Shown: positions 1 to 8,029, counted from the first letter of the stretch. The stretch: DNA of 12,147 bases from Pseudobacteriovorax sp. (GCA_050293845.1 JBNKNM010000174.1:1-12147); one strand, 5' to 3'. Notes: a model not told the origin generated them from the letters alone. Numbers and translations are program-made.

Positions 1-59
1 GTGACGTGAATGCTGCACTGAACATTCTCCGATTCGGACGTGAATCGCTGGTGTCCTGA
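1..59 (+). CDS. tnpB: TnpB RNA-guided endonuclease (IS200/IS605 family), 3' end only; 5' part lies outside the window
   Basis: Frame from nt 3 reads DVNAALNILRFGRESLVS* (TGA 57-59). This matches the conserved TnpB RuvC-III motif (D)RDxNAAxNI and sits directly before a typical IS605 right end. Confidence 0.88.
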   Translation, partial: DVNAALNILRFGRESLVS

Positions 60-104
60 AGTGGCCCAGGAATCCCCCGGCTTTAGACTGGGGGAGGACG
101 TCAA
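1..104 (+). mobile_element. Right end of an IS200/IS605-family insertion sequence (partial)
   Basis: GAAT (70-73) at the foot of an imperfect hairpin TCCCCCGGC-TTTA-GACTGGGGGA (73-95), then GGACG and terminal TCAA (101-104). This is the GR=GAAT / CR=TCAA arrangement known from IS608/ISDra2-type right ends. Confidence 0.9.
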
Positions 105-303
105 TTATAGTGTTCCATCTCTTCTAGTTTGATGAAAGAAGATACTTCAATATTCATGGTACCTGTCCTACCAATCGATGGAACTAGAGAGGAAGAAGAA
201 CTACTCAGTGCTGCCTGTAACAGGGCTAAGTGGTTCTTGGGGGGCATTCCGCAGATTCATGCCGGTTAGAGCGAAAGCCGAAAGATAGTTCTGGTAGTTG
301 AGC

Positions 304-1089
304 TTAAATAATCTTGATAAGATCTGCTTCACTTAAGCGCAATCGCGGTCCGTAGAGTCCCTCTGGCTTTCTTAGTCCAGCAGAAATAACCATGTTTACT
401 TCAGCCTGCCGAGGAAGTTTTAGGCTTTTTTTGATTCTTTTTTCGTCAAAGCCACCCATAGGGCAACTATCATAACCATGAGCTGCAAACGAGAGCATCA
501 GTGTTTGTGCCACGAGGGCTGCTTGAACATGAGCCCAAATCCGATGGTCAGCCTCACTAACTGGCGAACGTACTATAGCTTGTTGGAAACCGATTAACAT
601 AAAGCCGATACGACGCATAAGATTAAATAAACCGAGGCTATCGTTTTTCATGATTTTAGTAATGAGCTTATTGTAATATTGGTCTGCTGCTTTAGGTAAC
701 GACTGCTTTCCGTTGTCAGTCATCAAATTGAGAAGTTTTTTGCGGTTGACATCCCAAAGATCGCGACGGGCTACCACCACAACTAGTTCACCGGCAGTAG
801 TCGCCGCCGGTTGGCCAAGGCAAGCCTGGGCAATGATCTTTTTTTGCGACTCACTGCGAATCCAAAGAAGTTGATAGGGTTGTAGATTCGAGGAGCTGGG
901 AGCTAGCGTTGCCTCCCGCAAGCAAGACAGCATGGTATCCTGGGGAATGGGCTGTTTATCATAGACCCTGATCGAACGACGGGATTCCACGATGCGTTGA
1001 AAGGCATTCCGATTTACAGCGTCGGGCTTGGGTTCGTCGCTGGTATAGATGGTTCTATTTTGCATGTCATTCAAAGGGTTAATTGCCAT
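304..1089 (-). CDS. Nitroreductase family protein (FMN-dependent)
   Basis: Motifs SRRSIRVY, LAPSSSNLQPY and GYDSCPMGGFD. Start moved from 1101 to ATG 1089 (MAINPL), which has GGAG 6 nt upstream. Confidence 0.92.
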   Translation of the reverse strand: MAINPLNDMQNRTIYTSDEPKPDAVNRNAFQRIVESRRSIRVYDKQPIPQDTMLSCLREATLAPSSSNLQPYQLLWIRSESQKKIIAQACLGQPAATTAGELVVVVARRDLWDVNRKKLLNLMTDNGKQSLPKAADQYYNKLITKIMKNDSLGLFNLMRRIGFMLIGFQQAIVRSPVSEADHRIWAHVQAALVAQTLMLSFAAHGYDSCPMGGFDEKRIKKSLKLPRQAEVNMVISAGLRKPEGLYGPRLRLSEADLIKII

Positions 1090-1286
1090 CAGTATCTCCA
1101 TTTTCGATTCCAGTGTCCGGGAAGTATAGAGCTAGCCACATACTTTAGCGAGTAAAAACTTGTTCTATGAGAATTAGCGTTTTAACGTCTCTGATAATTA
1201 ATGAACTGGTACATATGAACCTGCTACCACAGTCGAAGCTGTTGTTATTAGGTTAGATGTCTCTTCATTATTCTCAGATAGATACT

Positions 1287-1314
1287 CTAGCAGTCAGTGG
1301 GAACTGACTGCTAG
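1287..1314. repeat. Perfect 12-bp inverted repeat (stem-loop) downstream of the oligopeptidase B gene; possible terminator or mRNA stabiliser
   Basis: CTAGCAGTCAGT-GGGA-ACTGACTGCTAG, about 28 nt past the stop at 1343. No U-tract follows on the minus strand. Confidence 0.7.
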
Positions 1315-1342
1315 CTATTGTTCGAAATTCGCATCTTGGCCT

Positions 1343-3562
1343 TTAGTTGCTTTTGGAAGAGTTAGGCGTTTGCGAAATATCAGGTGGTATTTGTATACCG
1401 GCAAGTGTTGCGAAAAAAGCATATTCCATAGCATATTCGTGATTACGTCGGAAACGACCAGAGGCTCCTCCGTGACCTGCTTCCATATTAATATGAAACG
1501 CAAGGACGTTATTGTCTGTTTTGAACTCTCTCAGTTTTGCAACCCACTTTGCTGGTTCGAAGTACTGCACCTGAGAGTCATGTAAACCGGTGGTGACTAA
1601 GATATGTGGGTAGTCTTGCGCTTTTACCTGATCATAGGGAGAGTATGATAACATATACTCAAAAGCGTCTTTATTGTTAGGATTCCCCCACTCATCATAT
1701 TCATTAGTAGTCAGCGGAATACTTTCGTCTAGCATGGTCGTAACCACATCTACGAAAGGTACATGGGCTGCTATACCCTTATAGAGTTCAGGTGCCATGT
1801 TAGCCACTGCTCCCATAAGAAGACCGCCAGCGCTCCCTCCGGCGGCAAAAACCTTATCCTTTGCGCCGTATTGCAACTGAACCAGAGCTTTACTTACATC
1901 AATGAAGTCGGTGAAAGTATTGATTTTTTTGAACATTTTGCCATCTTCATACCAGGGACGGCCAAGCATTTGACTGCCACGGATATGGGCGATCGCCACT
2001 ACGAAGCCACGATCGAGCAATGAGAGCCGTGATGAAGAAAAGTAGGGCTCAATAGTTGATCCATATGAGCCATAGCCATATTGATAAAGAGGGTTCGTAC
2101 CATCTTTTTTAAACATGTCTTTGCGATAAACGATAGACACTGGCACATTCTTGCCATCACGAGCTTTTACAAAAATACGCTCGCTCTTGTAACGGTTGGC
2201 CTTGAAATCACCTAACACTTCCGTTTGCTTGAGTATCTTGCGTTGTCCGGATTTGAGATTATATTCGTAGATGGTGCGCGGTGTGGTGAACGATGTGTAG
2301 CTTAAAAGCACTGTGTCCGTTGCTAATTCTAAGTTTCCTGTGAAATTGGTGGCAAATACTGGATCATCAAACTTAAGAAAGTTTTCTCTACTTGTTTTTA
2401 AATCTATGCTGCGCAGACGGTTGATTCCATTTAACTTGTCAGCGATGACGAGGTAGTTTTCACAGATCTCAAAACTACTTAAATAAGCCTCAGGGTTGTG
2501 GGGAACCACAACCTGCCATTTAGTTTTGTCTGCATGATGATCTTTGTGAACTTTCATGAGTCGAAAGTTAGTAGCTTGCCAGTTAGTCCTAATGTAGAAC
2601 CAATCTCCTAATTTTTTTACGCTGTACTCGTGCTTGCTTTCCCTGGGTAGAAAGGGTTTGAATCCTGCGAGTGGTGTATTGCTATCCAATATTGACATGC
2701 CAGTCATTGTAGTACTGCCGTGGTGAATATATACAAGTGAGTCATCTTTACTCTTACCAATACCCGTATAAAAGGTCTTATCCTTTTCTTCGTATACCAA
2801 AACATCGTCACTTTGCAGAGTACCCAAGCGATGACGGTAGACTTGGTAGCCTAAGAGTGTTTGAGGGTCTTTTTTAATATAAAATACTGTTTTATTATCG
2901 TTGGCCCAAACAACCTCCCCTGAAGTACCCTCTAACTTGTCAGTATACTGTTTTTTTCCTGTCAAATCTTTAAATGCAATGGAATATATTCTACGACCTA
3001 CACTGTCTGTGGAATAAGCCAACAGTTGATTGTTGGTGCTTACCGCATAAGTGCCTATCGAGAAGTAATCCTTACCTTGAGCCATGCTGTTGCCATTTAA
3101 CAGTATTTCTTCTGGTCCTGCTTTAGAGCCTAATCTACGGGCATGAATCGCGTACTCACCGTCACCTTCATAACGCTCGTAATAGTAGTAACCACGTTTT
3201 TTAACTGGCACAGAGCTATCGTCTTTTTTAATTCTGTTGGTCAACTCTTTGAAAATCACATCTTGCAGAGGTTTAGTATTTGCAAGTACGTGCTCTTTAT
3301 AGGCATTTTCCGCCTTAAGATAAGCTAGGATCGTCGGGTCTTTGCGATCATCATCACGCATCCAATAGTAATTGTCTACTCTTGTCATACCATGATGTTT
3401 CATAACATACGGCTGTTTCTTAGCTACAGGTGGTTTTGCGGTAAGGTCAAACAGCACAACCTGCTTTTCGGATTTTTTGGTTTCTACTACAGTTTGCTTC
3501 TCTTCCTTTTTATGACAAGCAGCAACGATAGCTATTGCTATCAAATACTTTAGAATTTTCAT
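1343..3562 (-). CDS. ptrB: Oligopeptidase B (S9A serine peptidase) with predicted lipoprotein signal peptide
   Basis: Catalytic GGSAGG (Ser), HDSQV (Asp) and AGHGG (His), plus YGYGSYG, HIRG and DVVTTMLDESIPLTTNEYDEWGNP. Start at ATG 3562 (MKILKYLIAIAIVAAC) with AAGGGG upstream; the ORF track start 3598 is less likely. Confidence 0.95.
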   Translation of the reverse strand: MKILKYLIAIAIVAACHKKEEKQTVVETKKSEKQVVLFDLTAKPPVAKKQPYVMKHHGMTRVDNYYWMRDDDRKDPTILAYLKAENAYKEHVLANTKPLQDVIFKELTNRIKKDDSSVPVKKRGYYYYERYEGDGEYAIHARRLGSKAGPEEILLNGNSMAQGKDYFSIGTYAVSTNNQLLAYSTDSVGRRIYSIAFKDLTGKKQYTDKLEGTSGEVVWANDNKTVFYIKKDPQTLLGYQVYRHRLGTLQSDDVLVYEEKDKTFYTGIGKSKDDSLVYIHHGSTTMTGMSILDSNTPLAGFKPFLPRESKHEYSVKKLGDWFYIRTNWQATNFRLMKVHKDHHADKTKWQVVVPHNPEAYLSSFEICENYLVIADKLNGINRLRSIDLKTSRENFLKFDDPVFATNFTGNLELATDTVLLSYTSFTTPRTIYEYNLKSGQRKILKQTEVLGDFKANRYKSERIFVKARDGKNVPVSIVYRKDMFKKDGTNPLYQYGYGSYGSTIEPYFSSSRLSLLDRGFVVAIAHIRGSQMLGRPWYEDGKMFKKINTFTDFIDVSKALVQLQYGAKDKVFAAGGSAGGLLMGAVANMAPELYKGIAAHVPFVDVVTTMLDESIPLTTNEYDEWGNPNNKDAFEYMLSYSPYDQVKAQDYPHILVTTGLHDSQVQYFEPAKWVAKLREFKTDNNVLAFHINMEAGHGGASGRFRRNHEYAMEYAFFATLAGIQIPPDISQTPNSSKSN

Positions 3563-3679
3563 CGGGCACGATCCCCTTTTATGGTCTCTGGTTTGCATTC
3601 ACAGGCGACACACTAATAGCTTTTAAGTGGCAAATCTACCACTAACACGCATAGGAACCTAGAAACAGATATAAAAATA

Positions 3680-3695
3680 TGCCATAAATATGCCA
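3680..3695 (-). promoter_or_regulatory. Candidate sigma54 (-24/-12) promoter for ptrB
   Basis: Minus strand TGGCATATTTATGGCA aligns to TGGCACG-N4-TTGCW with exact GG-N10-GC spacing, about 120 nt upstream of the start codon. The site is also an 11-bp-period direct repeat. Confidence 0.4.
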
Positions 3696-3891
3696 AACGA
3701 TTCCCCAAAATTCTGATCCTAAATTTCACTCAACGGGACTGGTTGGGGTATTAATTATTTTGTAGTAATATTAAAGTAGGTAACACTCGAGAGGGTTCCA
3801 TAGCGAAGAAGTCTCAATGATTACGAGGCTACTTTGCTAGAACAAGACCAGCTCTTGTTAACTGATCATAAAAAAAAGTTCATGAATTCAA

Positions 3892-4218
3892 TCAGCGAAG
3901 TAAGTCTTCCATCATATCTACCAGCTTTTGTGGATCAGGAGCACCGACGACCGAATCAATAAGATCTCCATTCTTGAAAGTGACTAGGTAAGGAATGGAT
4001 CGTACGCCCATACTAGCAGCGATGTTTGGGTTTTCATGGACATTGACTTTAACGACATCCACATCACCAGCGAAGTCTTGAGCTAGCTTATCTAGGACCG
4101 GTGCAATCATCTGGCAGGGTGCGCAGCCTGGACCCCAAAAATCAACCAAAACGGGTCTCTTGTTTTCCACCACTTTCGCTTCAAAGTCCGCATCACTGGC
4201 TATAATTACTTGACTCAT
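3892..4218 (-). CDS. Thioredoxin family protein (CAPC active site)
   Basis: 108 aa with PVLVDFWGPGCAPCQMIAPVL, VVKVNVHENP and GVRSIP (cis-Pro). GGAG SD upstream. Confidence 0.93.
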   Translation of the reverse strand: MSQVIIASDADFEAKVVENKRPVLVDFWGPGCAPCQMIAPVLDKLAQDFAGDVDVVKVNVHENPNIAASMGVRSIPYLVTFKNGDLIDSVVGAPDPQKLVDMMEDLLR

Positions 4219-4536
4219 TCAAATCTCCATTCTAAGGAATCCAAGCCTCTTTAGTAGTATGCTCTATATTAGAAATCAATGAGAATACCAAAAGTGCGGT
4301 ATGATTTAGAAAAGATTGAAATAGAGTGGAAAGGTATGATTTATTTCTCATACCCTTAATAATCTCAACTAAGATTTGCTCAACAATCATGTCAAACAAT
4401 TAATAGACGCTATATGGTTTTTGCAAAAATTAGAAGCAGCTACATAAGGTTTTCAGAAAATACATATCCCCGTATGCCTCAAGAACGTTTTCCAGAAACA
4501 GAGATGTATTAGGTGACCTTATTGCTCCCCAATCAC

Positions 4537-5517
4537 TCATAATGGGCAGCGTATGTGCTGTTCTACTTCGTTTTGATAGAACTGATATAATTCTTCGTGC
4601 AATTTATCGCTTAAATATGGCAATGCACTAACTTCGGCATTAGAAATCACTTGATGTGAAGAACTCGCTCCTGGGATGATGCAACTCACAGCTGGATGAT
4701 CTAAAATCCAGCGCATAGCAAATTGTGCCATGTTCATGCCTGTGGGCTTTTTTTGCGCTAGTTTGTCCGTTAAGTCTATGGCGGTTTCAAAGGGAATGCC
4801 CGAAAAAGTTTCCCCAACACTGAATGCTGCCCCATCGCGATTGAAGTTGCGGTGGTCGGTTTTGTCAAAAGTCGACTGCCGCGTAAATTTTCCGCTCAGA
4901 ATGCCACTGGCTAACGGTAGGCGCACGATAATGCCAACACCCAGCTCATGAGCTTGAGAGAACAACTGCTCTCTGGGGAGCTGTCTCAGTAAATTGAATA
5001 TAATCTGCAGAGAGCTAAGCCCTTCTTGTTTGACACATAGGAGAGCTTCTGGCATGGTTTCAACACTAGCGCCAAAATGTTTTATCAGCCCTTCTTGTTG
5101 CATTTGTCTCAGCCATTCAAATACATCTCCCTGTTCCAGAACGGTTGGTGGGATGCAATGCAGTTGCAGCAAATCGATTGAACTGCGTCGTAAGCGATCT
5201 TGAGAACGCTTGATCGCATCCCGCATGCCCGATAACGAGTACTGATCGGGCCAGGCATCGCTGCCTCGGCCGTATTTTGTCGCAATGACAATGTTATCGG
5301 AACGCTTATCTAGAACTTGTCCCAGATAGGCTTCACTTTTGCCGTCACCGTAAACATCTGCTGTATCAAAAAAATTGATGTTTTGTTGTAAAGCCGTTTC
5401 GATGATTTCAACTGCAACCTTATCTGACAAAGGTCCAAAATCTCCACCTAGCTGCCAACAACCCAAGCCCACTTCGCTAATTGATAGCTTAGATTTACCT
5501 AGTTCTCGTTCTTGCAT
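4537..5517 (-). CDS. Aldo/keto reductase (NAD(P)H-dependent oxidoreductase)
   Basis: GLGCWQLGG, FDTADVYG (Asp/Tyr), IATKYG (Lys), IDLLQLH (His), PLASGILSGK and IIPGAS. GAGGTG SD. Confidence 0.95.
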   Translation of the reverse strand: MQERELGKSKLSISEVGLGCWQLGGDFGPLSDKVAVEIIETALQQNINFFDTADVYGDGKSEAYLGQVLDKRSDNIVIATKYGRGSDAWPDQYSLSGMRDAIKRSQDRLRRSSIDLLQLHCIPPTVLEQGDVFEWLRQMQQEGLIKHFGASVETMPEALLCVKQEGLSSLQIIFNLLRQLPREQLFSQAHELGVGIIVRLPLASGILSGKFTRQSTFDKTDHRNFNRDGAAFSVGETFSGIPFETAIDLTDKLAQKKPTGMNMAQFAMRWILDHPAVSCIIPGASSSHQVISNAEVSALPYLSDKLHEELYQFYQNEVEQHIRCPL

Positions 5518-5989
5518 AATTCACCTCTAGTTATCTGGCTGAGTCGTTCTCAGTTTAACTGGCTTATCTTATCACTGGCACGTCCCCAGCAAATTATTAC
5601 TCTGACTTATCGTTACATTCCGTTCACCATACATGGTCTCGCGTAGAAATAGAACAAGGAAGAGGTCGGAACAGCTTCGACACGGAAAGTTTGAGGTCTT
5701 GCTGGCGAGCGCGAGAGTACAAAACTATTTGTGAAAACATAATATTCGCTATAACTATCGAATATCTTGAGACTTCTCCATTGAGGGGTAAAATAAGGCG
5801 TAGAAAATATTCCTAGTCATTAAAAGAGGTTAAAAAATTAAATGACTGGTCAGGAGATGGCAACATGAAGGTAAATGGAATTTTTGAGGGTAAATATGAG
5901 AGCCAGACTGGATTTCGATAGTCCCATAAAGGGCACATATTCAGGTAATCCGCTTTCTTAGCAGCGACAACTGTTTCTGGTAGGCCTCG

Positions 5990-6056
5990 TGCATGTGCAA
6001 ACGACCCTTTGTTCGATCCCTTCAATGGCCGCTACGCATACTCGTTTGCAAATGCA
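5990..6056. repeat. 15-bp inverted repeat (14/15 match) with 37-nt spacer just downstream of thrS
   Basis: TGCATGTGCAAACGA (5990-6004) versus TCGTTTGCAAATGCA (6042-6056). Confidence 0.65.
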
Positions 6057-6068
6057 ACAAACCCTAGT

Positions 6069-7982
6069 TTATGTTAATGCTCCCTCGTGGAGTAGTAAGT
6101 TTTGAAAGCTCGGCATATTCATTTCTGGCAATTGCTCTCCAGACACTTTGCGAGGACTTAAGGTGTGTCGATCAACCTCGTTGTCTCCAATAACCAGCAT
6201 ATAGGGTACTTGGGTGATCTGAGCTTCCCTTATTTTGAAGTTCAAGCGTTCATTGCGTTCGTCAATTGCAGCGCGAATGCCTTTGCCTATAAGCTTTTCG
6301 GTAATTTCTTTAGCATAATCATTGTGTCGGTCACCGATAGGGATCACCTTAACCTGCTCAGGAGCTAACCATAGGGGAAATCTGCCAGCATAATGCTCGA
6401 TTAATATCCCTAAAAACCTTTCGAAGCTCCCTAATACAGCGCGATGTATCATTACCGGAGTATGCTTCTGGTCATCTGATCCTAGGTATTCTAAGCCAAA
6501 CCTATCGGGCATAGAGAAGTCTAACTGAACGGTTCCACATTGCCAGCTGCGGCCTAAGGAATCGATAAGATGGCAGTCAATTTTAGGTCCGTAAAATGCG
6601 CCATCTCCTGGGTTTAACTGCCAGGGGCGTCCGCAGCTTTCGAGTACTTTTTTCAGAGCATTTTCTGACGTTTTCCAAACTTCCTCACTACCAATAGATT
6701 TTTCGGGGCGTGTGGATAGTTCTAAGTGGAAACTTTCAAAACCCATATCTTTGTAAACACTTTCGATCTGCTTCAGCACACCAGAGATTTCTTCGTGGAT
6801 TTGATCCACAGTGCAAAATATATGTGCATCGTCTTGTATAAACGTACGAACTCTGAATAGGCCATGGGTAGCACCACTGGGTTCGTGGCGATGAACTCTG
6901 CCAAATTCAGAAAATCTGAGGGGAAGGTTGCGGTAGCTATGACGATTGGATTTATAAACCAAACAATGACCGGGACAGTTCATTGGTTTTATGGCGGCCT
7001 CGCGTTCGTCGACTTCAGTAAAGTACATATTTTCTTTATAGTTATCGTAGTGACCACTGCGATGCCATAGATCGACATTCATAATCAAAGGCGTACTGAT
7101 TTCTTCAAATCCAGCACGAAGGTTACTTTTTCTCATATAATTCTGGAGATTATTATAAAGAGTTGTCCCCCTTGGATGAAAAAATGCATTGGCTGTCGCT
7201 TCTTCATGGAAACTAAAGAGATCAAGCTTTTTACCCAGAACGCGGTGGTCTCTTTTTTTCGCTTCTTCCATGCGGAAAAGGTGCTGGTCTAACTGTTCTT
7301 GGGTGGCCCAAGCAGTGCCATAGATTCGAGTTAACTGATCTCGCGTTTCATCTCCACGCCAGTAAGCTCCCGCTATATGAGTCAGTTTAAAGACCGACAA
7401 AAATTTACTCGTTGGAACATGAGGACCAGCACAGAGATCAAACCACTTATCACCCAAATCATACAAGGAAACTTCCTGGTCTTCTGGAATTCCCTCAATA
7501 ACTTCTACCTTGAAGTGTTCCCCCATATCATGGAAAGTCTTTATGGCTTGCTCTCGACTCACCACCCGCCTTTGGAACGGAGTATTTGTCTTAAGTACCC
7601 GTCGCATTTCCTTTTCGATGGCTGGTAGATCTTTTTCACTCAGATTGACATCTTTGGGAAAGGCAAAGTCGTAGTAAAAACCATCTTTAATGACGGGGCC
7701 AATAGTGACTTGAGCGCCAGGATATAGGTTTTGCACCGCATATGCTAGCAGATGAGCTGTGGAGTGACGTATCACTTCCAGACTCTCTTCGTCTTCTTTA
7801 GTAAGAATGGTAATACTGGTATCGGTCGTTAGAGGAGTTAACAGATCAACGATTTTTTCCGTTGTTTTTAGCGCTATCGCATTTTTTGCAAGCTTAGGAC
7901 TGATGCTTTTAGCAACGTCCATTCCAGTGACACCAGAGTCGACCTCTTTTGTGTTACCGTCTGGGAAAGTAAGCTTTATCAT
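6069..7982 (-). CDS. thrS: Threonine--tRNA ligase
   Basis: N-terminal TGS domain, editing domain RHSTAHLL and DLCAGPHV, KKRDHRVLG, KPMNCPGH (Zn ligand), motif 2 VHRHEPSG, GAFYGPKID, WQCGTVQLDF and motif 3 HRAVLGSFERF. GAGG SD. Confidence 0.99.
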   Translation of the reverse strand: MIKLTFPDGNTKEVDSGVTGMDVAKSISPKLAKNAIALKTTEKIVDLLTPLTTDTSITILTKEDEESLEVIRHSTAHLLAYAVQNLYPGAQVTIGPVIKDGFYYDFAFPKDVNLSEKDLPAIEKEMRRVLKTNTPFQRRVVSREQAIKTFHDMGEHFKVEVIEGIPEDQEVSLYDLGDKWFDLCAGPHVPTSKFLSVFKLTHIAGAYWRGDETRDQLTRIYGTAWATQEQLDQHLFRMEEAKKRDHRVLGKKLDLFSFHEEATANAFFHPRGTTLYNNLQNYMRKSNLRAGFEEISTPLIMNVDLWHRSGHYDNYKENMYFTEVDEREAAIKPMNCPGHCLVYKSNRHSYRNLPLRFSEFGRVHRHEPSGATHGLFRVRTFIQDDAHIFCTVDQIHEEISGVLKQIESVYKDMGFESFHLELSTRPEKSIGSEEVWKTSENALKKVLESCGRPWQLNPGDGAFYGPKIDCHLIDSLGRSWQCGTVQLDFSMPDRFGLEYLGSDDQKHTPVMIHRAVLGSFERFLGILIEHYAGRFPLWLAPEQVKVIPIGDRHNDYAKEITEKLIGKGIRAAIDERNERLNFKIREAQITQVPYMLVIGDNEVDRHTLSPRKVSGEQLPEMNMPSFQNLLLHEGALT

Positions 7983-8029
7983 TTTAGCCTCATTACGATT
8001 CTTATTAATCCAGTATTAATGACGTGTTT

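Larger units (their letters stand above)
1..124 (+). ncRNA. Predicted TnpB omegaRNA (reRNA), 3' portion; scaffold ends at TCAA 104, guide about 105-120/124 (TTATAGTGTTCCATCT...)
   Basis: Inferred from established TnpB biology: the scaffold overlaps the tnpB 3' end and right-end hairpin, and the guide is the flanking host DNA. The 5' boundary is probably outside the window and expression is not shown. Confidence 0.65.

Noticed and set aside
60..104. IStron (group I intron-IS hybrid) or IS607-type end
   Set aside because: The element ends in TCAA, not the terminal G needed for a group I 3' splice site. The GAAT/TCAA hairpin is of the IS605 type.
132..269. 45-aa plus-strand ORF (MKEDTSIF...IHAG)
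   Set aside because: No SD and no recognisable family. An in-frame stop at 108-110 argues against it being the tail of a gene split by the IS.
5521..5600. TPP-riboswitch-like GGGG...CTGAGA on the minus strand upstream of the AKR
   Set aside because: The downstream conserved core (ACCTGA...TAATGC...GCGTAGG) is missing.
5662..5760. tmRNA-like 5' segment GAGGTCGGAACAGCTTCGAC
   Set aside because: No GGGG acceptor start, no tag ending in ALAA-like residues, and no TTCGA...CCACCA 3' end.
5865..5921. 18-aa plus-strand ORF MKVNGIFEGKYESQTGFR with AGGAG upstream
   Set aside because: Only the SD supports it; no distinctive peptide character or clear promoter.
5941..5965. SRP RNA-like TCAGG...AGCAGC
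   Set aside because: The intervening 14 nt lack the short stem and GNRA tetraloop of SRP domain IV.
5813..6025. 70-aa minus-strand ORF after thrS
   Set aside because: TTG start without SD, no IF3 similarity, and it overlaps the inverted repeat.
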